Assembly (NCBI GenBank): GCA_963705505.1
Contig: CAVPJU010000006.1
Coordinates: 1-64,000 of the forward strand
DNA: 64,000 nt
Direction: 5' to 3'
From: an uncultured bacterium
GTDB taxonomy: Bacteria; Desulfobacterota_D; UBA1144; Nemesobacterales; UBA2774
Part shown: positions 40,342 through 50,851 of the stretch, one piece after another
How positions within the stretch are numbered: the stretch's first letter is position 1
How the letters are laid out: each line of letters begins with the position of its first letter
Notes under the pieces: model-generated
The model's database searches: none
Told to the model about the DNA's origin: nothing
What the model saw: the letters and a program-made list of their open reading frames with translations, nothing else
Translations under genes and position numbers: made by a program

Positions 40342-41061
40342 CTAGTTATTTACCGTTATAAATACCAATTTCACCCCTGGCTCTAAATTCCTCAAGGTTT
40401 CTCCGTAAGCTTTGGCCGTTTCAATGCTTCTGAAAGTCCCCACCCTTACCCTGTACCATTGATTGTTATCCGGGGAGGTCATGGACTTTATAAACACCGG
40501 GTAGCCCTTCGACTGGAGTGAGCTTGCGAGGCTGTTTGCCTGCTTCTGGTCCTGAAACGACCCTATCTGAACCGTATACAGCCCGTCGGGATCGACAGGC
40601 GGCAGAGTCGTATTAGCCGCCGTTTGCTTCTGTTTAGACTCGGCTGCTTCCTTTTCCCTCCGGATCTGCTCAGTGATCTCGGCGAGCCTCTTATCGGGAG
40701 CTACCGGCGCAGCCGTATCCGTTTTTTCAGGGACCGCGTCGTTTTTTACTTCCGTTTCCGTATTTTCGTTTTCATTCGGCGTGGGAGAAGGGGCGGGAGA
40801 GGGGTTCGCCATCGCTTCTTCCTGAATTTCGGGCGGAGGGCTTGCGGCGACCTCCTCACTCACGGGTTCCTCGCTTTCCTCGACCGGGGGATTTGACGGC
40901 TGCGGTTCCGCCTGGTCGAATCTTTTAGTTATCCTGAATTCCTGCTGGCTGAGTTTCTTCCCCACGAATACTCCGAGACCGAACACGACAATGAAGAGCA
41001 CCGTGAATGCAAAGAATAATGACAGTATCCGTCCGTCGCCCGGAGAACCGTTCCTGCTCAT
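40342..41061 (-). CDS. SPOR domain protein (FtsN-like)
   Basis: N-terminal TM FGLGVFVGK; C-terminal YTVQIGSF...WYRVRVGTF; directly downstream of argS. Confidence 0.85.
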   Translation of the reverse strand: MSRNGSPGDGRILSLFFAFTVLFIVVFGLGVFVGKKLSQQEFRITKRFDQAEPQPSNPPVEESEEPVSEEVAASPPPEIQEEAMANPSPAPSPTPNENENTETEVKNDAVPEKTDTAAPVAPDKRLAEITEQIRREKEAAESKQKQTAANTTLPPVDPDGLYTVQIGSFQDQKQANSLASSLQSKGYPVFIKSMTSPDNNQWYRVRVGTFRSIETAKAYGETLRNLEPGVKLVFITVNN

Positions 41062-41064
41062 TGA

Positions 41065-42744
41065 TCACATCCTCTCCGGTGCCGATATGCCAAGCAGCTT
41101 AAGTCCGTTGCTGAGGACCGTACGTACGCACCTCACCAGATAAAGCCTGGCTCCGCTCAGACTGCTGTTCTCATCGACTATCCTGAATTTATTGTAGTAA
41201 GCGTGAAAGTCAGACGCCAGCTCCTGAAGGAAATAAGCGATCTTGTGTGGCGCAAGCGACTGAGCGGCGTCTTCGACTACATCGGGATAAAGGAGCAGCT
41301 TTTTGACGAGATCCACCTCCTCGGGCTGTGAAAGCTGTTCAAGCGAGGCGCTCGATTCTACCACGCCTTCCTCCTTTGCCTTTCTGAACAGGCTCCCGAT
41401 CCTGGCATAGGCATACTGGATATAGTATACGGGGTTCTCGCTCGATTCCTTCTTCGCTAAATCCAGATCGAAGTCGAGGTGACTCTCGGAGCTCCGCATT
41501 AGCAGAAAGAAGCGCATCACGTCGGGCCCGACTTCGTTAACGACGTCCCGCATCGTGACATAGCTGCCCGCCCTCTTGGACATCGATACCTCTTCGCCCT
41601 TTCTCATGAGACGGACGAACTGTATGAGGACTACATTGAACCTCGAATCGTCGAGGCCGAGGGCCCTGAGCGCGGCTTTAAGGCGCGTAACGTGCCCGTG
41701 ATGATCTGCCCCCCAGACGTTGATCAGGCTTTCAAAACCCCTCTCGAACTTGTCGGCATGATAGGCGATATCGGAAAGGAAGTATGTAGGGCTGCCGTCG
41801 CTCTTCACGATCACCCAGTCCTGCGTGTCCCCGTATCGTGTAGCCGCGAACCACAGCGCGCCTTCCTTCTCCTCGAGCGCGCCTTTTTCGGCAAGACGCT
41901 CTTTAATTTCACCCAGTTTTCCCTTTACGATACCGTTTTCGGAGAATCCATGGATATTTTCCTTTTCACTGTACCACTCATCGAAATATACGCCTGTGTC
42001 CTCGAGGTCTTTTCTTATGAAGCCGAGTAATTTTCCCCGCGCAAAATCCATGCAGTACGCGACGGATTCCCGCTCGGGCTCTTTAAGAAGCGAATCGCCT
42101 TTAAGCTCCTTTATCTCGGATGCTATTTCCTTTACATAATCACCCTTGTATCCGTCTTCGGGGATTTCCGCTTTTTGATCGAACAGCTCTCGGTATCTCG
42201 CATATACGGATACGCCGAGAAGCTCCATCTGTCTCCCCGCATCGTTTATATAGAACTCCCTGGTAACCTTATAGCCCGAAGCCGAGAGGATATTAGATAT
42301 GGTATCGCCAACGACGGCGTTGCGCGCGTGACCCATGTGGAGGTAGCCGGTAGGGTTGGCGCTCACGTATTCAACGAGGACACTGATACCGTTCCCGAGG
42401 CCGGACTCCCCGTATTTTTCACCGAGCCTCGCTACATCTGCGAGCTTATTAACCAAGGCCTCTTCCCTGACGAAGAAATTTATGAAGCCCGCCCCCGCTA
42501 TTTCGATTTTTTTGAACAGGCTGTCTTTTTCGTTCGGGAGGTTCTCGATGATAAGCTCCGCCACCTGACGCGGATTCTTACCCATCTTCTTGGCAAGCAC
42601 CATCGCCGTATTTACTGAAAAATCGCCGAATTCCTTTCTTTTCGGTATGCCGACCTCTATCTCCGCGGGCAGGTCGGACAGGTTGATTTTCTTTCCTATG
42701 CTCTCGACCGATTCGAGAACTACTCTCTGTATATCTTCTTTCAT
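41065..42744 (-). CDS. argS: Arginine--tRNA ligase
   Basis: VEYVSANPTGYLHMGHAR (HIGH motif), WGADHHG, MSKRAG, ENPVYYIQYA and APERM end. Confidence 0.98.
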   Translation of the reverse strand: MKEDIQRVVLESVESIGKKINLSDLPAEIEVGIPKRKEFGDFSVNTAMVLAKKMGKNPRQVAELIIENLPNEKDSLFKKIEIAGAGFINFFVREEALVNKLADVARLGEKYGESGLGNGISVLVEYVSANPTGYLHMGHARNAVVGDTISNILSASGYKVTREFYINDAGRQMELLGVSVYARYRELFDQKAEIPEDGYKGDYVKEIASEIKELKGDSLLKEPERESVAYCMDFARGKLLGFIRKDLEDTGVYFDEWYSEKENIHGFSENGIVKGKLGEIKERLAEKGALEEKEGALWFAATRYGDTQDWVIVKSDGSPTYFLSDIAYHADKFERGFESLINVWGADHHGHVTRLKAALRALGLDDSRFNVVLIQFVRLMRKGEEVSMSKRAGSYVTMRDVVNEVGPDVMRFFLLMRSSESHLDFDLDLAKKESSENPVYYIQYAYARIGSLFRKAKEEGVVESSASLEQLSQPEEVDLVKKLLLYPDVVEDAAQSLAPHKIAYFLQELASDFHAYYNKFRIVDENSSLSGARLYLVRCVRTVLSNGLKLLGISAPERM

Positions 42745-42835
42745 ATAGTTATCAGGAAATTACACCACATATTGCAGGGAGTTACAAGAAAACCCAGTGT
42801 GTCCGAACGGCGGTCGTCACGATCGTCGCCGGCAA

Positions 42836-43465
42836 TCAGAACCGGGGAATCGAATCGGCCGGGGAGAGGTGTGAAACATCGTTGACGACCCTGACCTCCG
42901 CGTGGCCGTTTACGGAGACTATTACGTTCTTCGAGGCAGCCTGAAGGTTGAAATTACGAAAACCCTTGAGGCCGACCCCCGTAATCTTGCAGAGGAGCGC
43001 GGTTATAGTAAGGTTGTGACTGACCGCGACCACAGTTTCACCGGGGTGGAGCCTGTTTACCTTTTCAAACGCGTTCCACGCCCTTTCCTGCACCTGAAGG
43101 AGCGACTCCCCTCCCGGTATCCTGAGTGTCTCGGGGCTTTCCCTCCATTCCTTCAGCACGTCCGCGTACCTCTCTCTTATCTCTTCAAAGAGGAGCCCTT
43201 CCAGGTCCCCCTGGTTCATCTCTCTGAGATCCGAATCGACGTTGACCTCGAGATTGTGATGTTTCGCAATCGCACTCGCGGTATTGATAGCCCTCAGGAG
43301 GTCGCTCGAATAAACGGCTGCAACATCCGTATCCCTGAGCGAATGCGCGAGCTCCCTTATCTGTTTTCTGCCGGCGTCATTCAAATCTATGTCGGCGATA
43401 CCCTGGCACCTGCCGGTCCTGTTCCACTCGGTTTCACCATGACGTATGAGGATAAGATTCAACAT
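42836..43465 (-). CDS. Histidine phosphatase (phosphoglycerate mutase/CobC-like)
   Basis: Motifs LIRHGETEWN, YSSDLLRA, LREM..G, PGGES and VSH. Confidence 0.9.
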   Translation of the reverse strand: MLNLILIRHGETEWNRTGRCQGIADIDLNDAGRKQIRELAHSLRDTDVAAVYSSDLLRAINTASAIAKHHNLEVNVDSDLREMNQGDLEGLLFEEIRERYADVLKEWRESPETLRIPGGESLLQVQERAWNAFEKVNRLHPGETVVAVSHNLTITALLCKITGVGLKGFRNFNLQAASKNVIVSVNGHAEVRVVNDVSHLSPADSIPRF

Positions 43466-43523
43466 GAAACTCCGAAAAGAAAATTTAAAACGAATAATGT
43501 AATAATAATGATATCATCGTCTG

Positions 43524-44633
43524 TTAATAGGACTTGTTCTTGAACGGGACAAGGACCCCGTTGTTCTTAGCCTCTTCGGCGAACTCCGAGGGCGGCGGGG
43601 GCAGGGGTGCAGATTTACGTATAGCGCTGACACAATATTCGTCAAAAGACGGATTGCCCGATGATTCGTTCACCCTCACATCGAATACCCTTCCGCTCTG
43701 GTCGACCCTGAAGAACACGAGCGCTTGCATACTCCCGTCGGTCGGTACGCCCGGCGGTATCCTCCAGTTATGGCTGATCCTCTGATGGACTTTATCCGTA
43801 TATAACTGTAACAAGACAGGGTTGATGGACGAGCCGCTGCCGGAGCTCTCACTGCTCTCGGATGAATTGCCCGGGCCCGACTCCGATCCCTCGGGCATGT
43901 CCCCCTGGTCAGCCATTGCCAGCTTCTGCTCTTCCCCCACCTCTTCCTGGGACGCAGTGCTCTCTTCAGACCCGCTCTTTAAATCTTCGAGGACCCTCTG
44001 CCGCTTAATGTCTTGCAGTACCTTGTTCTTTTCGCTCTCCAGGTCTTTTTTCTTGCTTACAGTAGTTTTCTTGGCCTCCGTTTTGGGCTTTTCAGTCGGT
44101 TTGGGTTTTTCCGCTACTTCCTTTTTCGTTTCCTTGGGTGGCTCCGTCTTCTTCGGCTCTTCTTTCTTTTTCTCCTCTTTCTTCTCCGCCTCCAGCGGTA
44201 TAACTTCCTTTTTCTCAGGTTCCTCTTTTACGACCTCTTTAGGTTTTTCCTCTACTTTGGGCTCCTCCTTCTTTACCTCTACCTTTTCAGGCTCTTTGGG
44301 AGGCTCTTTTTTTTCAGGCTCGGGAGGGGGGGCTTTGACCTCCTCCTTATCGACTTTCGGGGGCTCTTGCTTCGGAGGCTCCGCCTTCTTCGGTTCCCGG
44401 GGAGGTTGGTTGGGCTGGGAAGCGGGATTGGAACTCTGTCCGCCGCCGGGTCCTATGCCCGAGAGCGATACCTCTATCGGCCCGCTCGAGCTGCTATTCC
44501 TGGAAGTGCCGCTGAATCCCCAGAAAAGCACTAAAATCAGTATAGTCGCATGCAACGCGATGGAAAAAAATATACCCCAAAATGATGTGCCCCCGGATGT
44601 GTCTTTATCGGCCGGTTTCATTTCCCCGCTCAC
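43524..44633 (-). CDS. tolA: TolA/TonB family energy transducer
   Basis: TM with SIALH motif, long K/E/P-rich linker and C-terminal SSGNPSFD...APLPPPP. Confidence 0.85.
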   Translation of the reverse strand: MSGEMKPADKDTSGGTSFWGIFFSIALHATILILVLFWGFSGTSRNSSSSGPIEVSLSGIGPGGGQSSNPASQPNQPPREPKKAEPPKQEPPKVDKEEVKAPPPEPEKKEPPKEPEKVEVKKEEPKVEEKPKEVVKEEPEKKEVIPLEAEKKEEKKKEEPKKTEPPKETKKEVAEKPKPTEKPKTEAKKTTVSKKKDLESEKNKVLQDIKRQRVLEDLKSGSEESTASQEEVGEEQKLAMADQGDMPEGSESGPGNSSESSESSGSGSSINPVLLQLYTDKVHQRISHNWRIPPGVPTDGSMQALVFFRVDQSGRVFDVRVNESSGNPSFDEYCVSAIRKSAPLPPPPSEFAEEAKNNGVLVPFKNKSY

Positions 44634-45073
44634 CTCTGGTCATTGCTCGGAACGGGCTCCGTGATGAGCCCGATCTTCTGTACCCCCGCATTTCTTATCT
44701 CGGACATGACTTCCACAACCGTCCCGTACGGAACGCTGGAATCGGCCCTCAGGAATACATCCTCGTCCGTTAAATTTTTACCCTTCCCGGCCATGAGCTT
44801 TCTGATTTCTATACGGAGCTGGTCGAGGGTGTACTGTTCTTTTTCAATGAATATTTCCCCGTTTTTATTGAGCGTGACCACAACTTTCCTTTCACGATCG
44901 AGGGAAGGCATGGGCCTGGACTCCGTTTTGGGCAGGTTTACGTCAACGCCCTGATAGAGGATGGGGGTCGTGACCATGAATATCACCAGGAGAACAAGCA
45001 TCACGTCCACAAACGGCGTGACGTTTATCTCCGACATCACACTGCGCCCTTCTTTGCCTGTCTGCATTCCCAT
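44630..45073 (-). CDS. tolR: TolR/ExbD protein
   Basis: SEINVTPFVDVMLVLLVIFMVT and LRADSSVPYG. Confidence 0.92.
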   Translation of the reverse strand: MGMQTGKEGRSVMSEINVTPFVDVMLVLLVIFMVTTPILYQGVDVNLPKTESRPMPSLDRERKVVVTLNKNGEIFIEKEQYTLDQLRIEIRKLMAGKGKNLTDEDVFLRADSSVPYGTVVEVMSEIRNAGVQKIGLITEPVPSNDQR

Positions 45074-45078
45074 TTTTC

Positions 45079-45837
45079 TTATACCTTCTTGATGTATCTA
45101 TCTACGATGTTAAGGAACTCAGAGGAAAAATTCTCCATTTCTATGTCCATCCTCTTAACCCTGCTGATGAAATAATTGTACGCGATAACAGCGGGGATAG
45201 CGGCGGCGAGACCTATGGCCGTCGCAACGAGAGCCTCCGCAATACCGGGGGCAACTGCCTGAAGGGTGGGCACGCCCTGGCTTCCGGCGAGTCCTATGAA
45301 CGAGGTCATGATTCCCCAGACGGTTCCGAAGAGACCGATAAAGGGCGCTGCGCTCCCGGTAGTCGCGAGGAATATGAGCGAGCCCTCGAGCTTGGCGGTT
45401 TCAGACGCCATAGTCCTTTTGAGAGCCCTCTCTACAAGCTCGACCACACCCAGCTCATTGACGATAACTTCCGGGTTCGACTTCGATTCGGGGTTCTGAC
45501 CGGCGCCGCTCGCCCTTCTCAGCTTTAATATTTCCGTATATCCGGCCCTGAACACCTCGGCGATAGGCCCTCCGATGTGCTTCGTCGAGGAGTAGAGGTT
45601 TCCGAAGTTGCCGCTCGCGTTGTAGAGCTCCAGGAACTTCTCCGACCTTTTCGAGGCCCTTTTCAGGACGAAGGCCTTTGAAAAAATTATCGTCCATGAA
45701 ATTACCGACATGATGAAAAGGAGAAGCAGGACGAACTTCACGACCGGACTCGCGTCGGTTATGAGGTTCATGATCTTTATCTGGCCGGCTCCGTTATTTG
45801 CCTGCGTCTCTAAAAGTAAATATATCCAGTTTGTCAT
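45079..45837 (-). CDS. tolQ: TolQ/ExbB protein
   Basis: [21 protein letters not shown] and [23 protein letters not shown]. Confidence 0.93.
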   Translation of the reverse strand: MTNWIYLLLETQANNGAGQIKIMNLITDASPVVKFVLLLLFIMSVISWTIIFSKAFVLKRASKRSEKFLELYNASGNFGNLYSSTKHIGGPIAEVFRAGYTEILKLRRASGAGQNPESKSNPEVIVNELGVVELVERALKRTMASETAKLEGSLIFLATTGSAAPFIGLFGTVWGIMTSFIGLAGSQGVPTLQAVAPGIAEALVATAIGLAAAIPAVIAYNYFISRVKRMDIEMENFSSEFLNIVDRYIKKV

Positions 45838-46078
45838 CTGTGTTGACCCGCTGATAAGTTGGATTTAGGATTTGAATGAAAATCAATGCTTCTGATTGTT
45901 AAATACGAATGAGCTGCATTTAAGATTCCATGTTAAGTTTTCCATACTTAAAAACTAAAATCAAATAAAATTCCCTAGGATCGCCTCATTTCCACGAGTT
46001 TATTTGATTTTCGGCTCAAAATGTATAATAGTCCTGTTTAGGAAAATCCCGCGATTAAAAGGGAGGCATAATACTTTT

Positions 46079-46531
46079 ATGATAAAGAGATCAAGACTCG
46101 CCCTGCTGACAGCATTAATACTCATAGCTACGGCTTGCTCCGCGACCGCCGTCGAGGACAGGTACAAGGTCGTCATCGAGGAGAGCTTCTACGTGGTGAA
46201 ACCCGAGAACAGGGACAAGTTCCTGGACATCTACAAGGAAAAGCTCTACCCGTTCTGGAGCGAGATGCAGAAGAGGGGAATCATCGTCGACGAGTACAAA
46301 CTGTTCACTCAGCGTGTGCACACTCTCGAGCCCCTCTGGACATATAAAACGGTCGTGAAATTCAAGAACTACGAGTCTATAGACAAGTGGCTTGAGCTCC
46401 GGGACGAGGTCTATAATAAGCTCTTTCCGGGAGAGGGGGGATATGAAGGTCCGAGAAAGCAGTTGGACCTTATCACAGAGCAGCACTGGGACGAGTTTAT
46501 AAGGGAAATCCCCCTGAGTAAAAAGAATTAA
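46079..46531 (+). CDS. Putative lipoprotein (NIPSNAP/dimeric alpha-beta barrel-like)
   Basis: Start refined to ATG 46079 (upstream GGGAGG); lipobox [18 protein letters not shown]. Confidence 0.6.
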   Translation: MIKRSRLALLTALILIATACSATAVEDRYKVVIEESFYVVKPENRDKFLDIYKEKLYPFWSEMQKRGIIVDEYKLFTQRVHTLEPLWTYKTVVKFKNYESIDKWLELRDEVYNKLFPGEGGYEGPRKQLDLITEQHWDEFIREIPLSKKN

Positions 46532-47550
46532 TCCCCGAAAAGCCCTTTTTGCACGCGGGGCGCGGGCATATTAAGGTGACTATAAGCAAGCGGCGTGACG
46601 GTCCTTCCGCGCGGTGTCTTTACGATGAGCCCCTGGCGGATCAAAAAAGGCTCGTACACTTCCTCTATCGTCTCTTTATCCTCGCTCACGGCGGCCGCTA
46701 TCGAATCGATTCCCACGGGGCCACCCCTGAACTTTCCGATTATAGCCTCTAAAATCACCCTGTCCAGGCTATCGAGCCCGAGGGAATCCACCTCGAGCAT
46801 CTCGAGGGCAGAACCCGCGACATCAATGTCTATAACCCCGCCCGCTCTGACCTCGGCGAAATCCCTTACGCGCTTGAGCAGCCTGTTTGCGATACGAGGC
46901 GTGCCCCTCGCGCGGCAGGCAAGCTCGGCCACTCCGTCTTCGGTAATCTCTACTCCCAGAATACCCGCCGACCTTTTCAGTATCTCCTCTATTTCCGGGG
47001 ACGTGTAGTAATCGAGCCTGAGGTCCACACCGAACCTCGACCTAAGCGGGGATGTAAGGAGACCGGTCCTCGTAGTCGCCCCGATCAGCGTAAACCTGTT
47101 CACACCCACCTTCATAGACTTCGCCGTGGGCCCCTCGCCTATCATGATGTCTATCTTGTAGTCCTCCATCGCCGAATAGAGGTACTCTTCCACGATGCGG
47201 TTGAGCCGGTGTATCTCGTCGATGAAGAGAACGTCCCGGTCTTCGAGGTTCGTCAGTATAGAGGCGAGGTCGCCCACCCTCTCTATCACGGGCCCTGACG
47301 TGGCGTATATCCTCACGCCCAGCTCATTGGAGACGACGTGAGCGAGTGTGGTTTTGCCGAGACCCGGAGGGCCGTAGAGGAGCACATGATCGAGCGCTTC
47401 CCTTCGCCTCCTTGCGGCTTCGATAAAAATTTCGACCTTTTCCTTGACCTTAACCTGTCCCAGATAATCCTTAAGACGATCGGGCCTCAGGTTAATATCG
47501 AGGAGAGAATCGACTTCCCTGTCTTCGGGACTCAGCAACCTCTCAGCCAT
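46528..47550 (-). CDS. ruvB: Holliday junction branch migration helicase RuvB
   Basis: Motifs [34 protein letters not shown] and TPRGR. Confidence 0.98.
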   Translation of the reverse strand: MAERLLSPEDREVDSLLDINLRPDRLKDYLGQVKVKEKVEIFIEAARRRREALDHVLLYGPPGLGKTTLAHVVSNELGVRIYATSGPVIERVGDLASILTNLEDRDVLFIDEIHRLNRIVEEYLYSAMEDYKIDIMIGEGPTAKSMKVGVNRFTLIGATTRTGLLTSPLRSRFGVDLRLDYYTSPEIEEILKRSAGILGVEITEDGVAELACRARGTPRIANRLLKRVRDFAEVRAGGVIDIDVAGSALEMLEVDSLGLDSLDRVILEAIIGKFRGGPVGIDSIAAAVSEDKETIEEVYEPFLIRQGLIVKTPRGRTVTPLAYSHLNMPAPRVQKGLFGD

Positions 47551-47629
47551 TATCCTTTCCCCGCGATGTGCGGCTTCTTAATTATAAATGAAGAGCTGGA
47601 ATTGAGGAATCCGGGCGCGGGAACCGGAC

Positions 47630-48217
47630 TCATAGCCTCTTCATAACCTTTAACGATTCCCTGAGCGCTTTCTCGATCCCGCCTTCATCCGCCGAAATCT
47701 TCTCGAGCTCCGAAATGCGCTCGTCGATCTCGGCCTTTTTATATCCCAGATTAAGGAGGGCGGAGACGACGTCCTCGAGCACTCCCGGTTCCTTTACCGG
47801 CTCTTCTGATATGCGCAGCTCCGAGATCTTGTCCCTGAGCTCGGTAGTAAGCCTCGAAGCGAGCTTGGGCCCTATGCCCGGTATCCGCTTCCTCACGAGG
47901 TCGCCCGAAGATATTGCCGAGACAAATTCAGCGGGCGTTATGGATGAAAGGATATTTGTCGCGACCCTCGGACCCACGCCCGCCACACTTATGAGAAGCG
48001 TGAATACGACCCGTTCGTCCTCCGTAAGGAAGCCGAAGAGCTCTATCGACGCGTCCTTCATGCTGGTATATATTTTTAATTCGGCCTCGCCCCCCAGATC
48101 CGGAAGACGGTAATATGTGGACAGGGGCACTGTGACTCCGTAGCCGACACCGTGTACGTCGATAATCACTTTCCCCAAAATCTTATGGGCAACCTTACCC
48201 CTTAGAAGGGAGATCAT
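47630..48217 (-). CDS. ruvA: Holliday junction branch migration protein RuvA
   Basis: Motifs DVHGVGY, LFGF, GVGPR, IPGIG and ALLNLGY. Confidence 0.95.
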   Translation of the reverse strand: MISLLRGKVAHKILGKVIIDVHGVGYGVTVPLSTYYRLPDLGGEAELKIYTSMKDASIELFGFLTEDERVVFTLLISVAGVGPRVATNILSSITPAEFVSAISSGDLVRKRIPGIGPKLASRLTTELRDKISELRISEEPVKEPGVLEDVVSALLNLGYKKAEIDERISELEKISADEGGIEKALRESLKVMKRL

Positions 48218-48746
48218 TTAGAGTGAAGCGCCTCCTCTTTCTCCGGGGTTGTACGAACTCCTTTCCGAGCCGGGCCTCGATACGGGAGAGATGTATGTGG
48301 CAGAGCGCGATCGCTACGGCGTCTGACGCGTCCTCGGTCTCGAATTCCGATATTCCCAAAATCTTTGAGAGCATCTTCTGAACCTCGGATTTATTGGCCC
48401 TCCCCCGTCCGGTAAGCGCCAGCTTGACCTTTGTAGAAGGGTATTCGCAGATAGGTATCCCGGAAGTGGAAGCCGCGAGCAGCACCACGCCCCTCGCTTC
48501 CCCGAGCTTTATTGCGCTCTTGGCGTTCTTCGCGAAAAAAATATCCTCTACGGACATTACATCGGGGGAATGCTCGCCGATTACGTTTAACAGAGACTCG
48601 TATATTGTTTTTAGTCGTTGATAGAGCGGCAGGCTGGATCCGGGCGCGATGCTCCCGCTTGCCAAATGCTTGATATCGACGCCCCGCACCTCAAGGACCC
48701 CGTAACCGCAGCACCTGGAGCCGGGGTCTATGCCGATTACCCTCAT
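48195..48746 (-). CDS. ruvC: Crossover junction endodeoxyribonuclease RuvC
   Basis: Motifs IGIDPG, VEDIF, LGEARG, G.A.K.EV and DASDAVAIALCH. Confidence 0.96.
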   Translation of the reverse strand: MRVIGIDPGSRCCGYGVLEVRGVDIKHLASGSIAPGSSLPLYQRLKTIYESLLNVIGEHSPDVMSVEDIFFAKNAKSAIKLGEARGVVLLAASTSGIPICEYPSTKVKLALTGRGRANKSEVQKMLSKILGISEFETEDASDAVAIALCHIHLSRIEARLGKEFVQPRRKRRRFTLNDLPSKG

Positions 48747-48747
48747 C

Positions 48748-49497
48748 TCAGGACGCCAGACTCATCATAACTTCCTCGGGTACGTCGAAGTTCGAATAAA
48801 CATTCTGAACGTCGTCGCTGTCCTCGAGCGCTTCCATAAGACGAATCATATGCTCAGCCTCTTTCCCTTCGATCTTGATACTGTTTTGAGGAATCATCGT
48901 AATCTCCGCGGTCTCGTAACCGAGACCCGCGCCCTGGATGGCGGATTTAACGGATTCGAACGCCTCCGGAGGGGTTATTACCACGAGCTCGCTCTCCTCC
49001 GTAATTACGTCGTCGGCGCCCGCATCAAGAGCTAATTCGAATACCGCGTCCTCGTCGACTTTACTCTTCTCGAACGCGATCCTCCCCTTCATATGGAACA
49101 TCCAGGAAACGCATCCCGATTCCCCCAGGCTGCCGCCGTACTTCGTGAATATCCTCCTGATGTCTGAAACGGTCCTGTTCCTGTTGTCGGTGAGTGTCTT
49201 GACCAGAACGGCGCTTCCCCCGGGTCCGTACCCCTCATAGGAGATTTCGTGAAACTCCTCTCCGCCCATCTCGCCAGTGCCGCGTTTAATCGCGCGGTCG
49301 ATAGTGTCGTTAGGCATGTTCTGGTTCTTAGCAGCCAGAATCGCAGACCTGAGACGGGGATTGGCTTCGGCATCGCCCCCGCCGTGTTTAGCGGCTACCG
49401 TCAGCTCGCGGATGATCTTCGTAAAAACCTTTCCCCTTTTTGCATCGACGGCTGCCTTTCTGTGTTTTATATTAGCCCATTTAGAATGTCCGGACAT
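48748..49497 (-). CDS. yebC: YebC/PmpR family protein
   Basis: [29 protein letters not shown] and [11 protein letters not shown]. Confidence 0.96.
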   Translation of the reverse strand: MSGHSKWANIKHRKAAVDAKRGKVFTKIIRELTVAAKHGGGDAEANPRLRSAILAAKNQNMPNDTIDRAIKRGTGEMGGEEFHEISYEGYGPGGSAVLVKTLTDNRNRTVSDIRRIFTKYGGSLGESGCVSWMFHMKGRIAFEKSKVDEDAVFELALDAGADDVITEESELVVITPPEAFESVKSAIQGAGLGYETAEITMIPQNSIKIEGKEAEHMIRLMEALEDSDDVQNVYSNFDVPEEVMMSLAS

Positions 49498-49542
49498 GGT
49501 TACATCACCTCACTTCCAAGTGTTACAATATATGATATAAGA

Positions 49543-49571
49543 ATTCTAAGACATTAGATAATGATTGGCAA
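49543..49571 (-). promoter_or_regulatory. Putative sigma-70 promoter of yebC-ruvCAB
   Basis: TTGCCA-N17-TAGAAT on the minus strand. Confidence 0.55.
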
Positions 49572-49586
49572 GAGCACGGATTGCCC

Positions 49587-50555
49587 TCACTTGACCCTTT
49601 TTACCGTCACGGTCAGCGGCTGAGCGCCTCCGATCTTCGTGGTGATCGTCGAGACCGTCGTCCCTTTATTTATCTCGCCCACGGTCAATATCTTGGTGGA
49701 CGGGTCGATCACCTGACCGGACAAAGAGCTGAAATCGAACCTTATCTCGGCGTCTTGAGGAAGGCCGAAGACCTCCGCCGTTATCGGAGCGGGAGTGTCG
49801 ATATCCGTTTCGGATACGATTATGTTATACCCCCACGCCGGTATATCCGAATTAATAAAAGTACCGCCCGGTTCCTTGAGGCTCGCCCTCATCATCCCGT
49901 CTTTATTAACCACGGAAGCAGGAAGGCCCTGAAAATCCACGGCCGCCTGGTCCGACTTCATGGCAATGATGCTGCCGTTTATGAACTTATTATCAGCGTT
50001 GTTGAGAATTCCCAATTCCACCTTGCTCGGCTCAAGCACGTTTATGCCCGGGAATAAGAACGTGGTGCTGAGCGACCCGAATTCGACAACTACCTTGTTA
50101 ACCGACTGCAATCCGGCCCCGGGGGGCGGGCCCGGGTTTTTGGGTCTTGAGATTTTCAGTATTCCTTCGTCCCCCGATACGATGACGCCGTAAGCACCGG
50201 CAACCGATTGAGGAAGGCTGAATTTCCGCCAGCCGTCGGTTAAAACCCTGACCTCGATATCGACCTTCTGTCCTATGAGTCCGTTCTGGTCTATTATCCT
50301 CACCGAAGAGACCTTCCCCGTATAGAGGGGATTAACGAATATCTCGCCGTCGAGCGAAGTGAGCTCCGCCTCCGTATACCTCGGATACGCCGATGTCCGC
50401 GCACCGTCGCCCGCTTGAGCAACCATTACGTTACCCTCTCCAGCCCCGGCTCCGCCGTTTGGGAGCCCGTAAGCGGGGTACGCGTTCGGCAGGAGAAAAC
50501 ACACAGCAATAACATAAAGTGTCGAGCATAAAACAAAACCAATTTCCCGTTTCAT
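49587..50555 (-). CDS. Secreted beta-rich hypothetical protein
   Basis: Start refined to ATG 50555 (SD GAGGGAG); signal peptide; beta-sandwich-like composition. Confidence 0.65.
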   Translation of the reverse strand: MKREIGFVLCSTLYVIAVCFLLPNAYPAYGLPNGGAGAGEGNVMVAQAGDGARTSAYPRYTEAELTSLDGEIFVNPLYTGKVSSVRIIDQNGLIGQKVDIEVRVLTDGWRKFSLPQSVAGAYGVIVSGDEGILKISRPKNPGPPPGAGLQSVNKVVVEFGSLSTTFLFPGINVLEPSKVELGILNNADNKFINGSIIAMKSDQAAVDFQGLPASVVNKDGMMRASLKEPGGTFINSDIPAWGYNIIVSETDIDTPAPITAEVFGLPQDAEIRFDFSSLSGQVIDPSTKILTVGEINKGTTVSTITTKIGGAQPLTVTVKRVK

Positions 50556-50706
50556 AACTCCCTCTATTTTAAGCAATTTATATCAGTTCACGGAGTCCCG
50601 TCGCGCTGAGTTAGAATTTCATTATAGCACAAAGAGTCAAATTTGTTTAACATCCTCAAGGACTCGAACATAGTCGAGGGGTTTTATTGTCACCGAAAAA
50701 TCTCAC

Positions 50707-50736
50707 TTGACAAATAACACCTTTAACATGCATAAT
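50707..50736 (+). promoter_or_regulatory. Putative sigma-70 promoter of rho
   Basis: TTGACA-N18-CATAAT. Confidence 0.5.
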
Positions 50737-50851
50737 AATGTTGTCTAATACTTTTATAGCAACTCAAAGAGAACTTACACTCATTCCATAAATTCGTAAA
50801 GAGACAATTGCTGTAAATTCCAAAAAATAATGAGTCAAGGACTTATAACAC

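Noticed and set aside
43822..44664. Phe/Ser/Leu-rich ORFs and apparent tandem repeats
   Set aside because: Reverse complement of the Lys/Glu/Pro-rich TolA linker; not a DNA repeat array or CRISPR.
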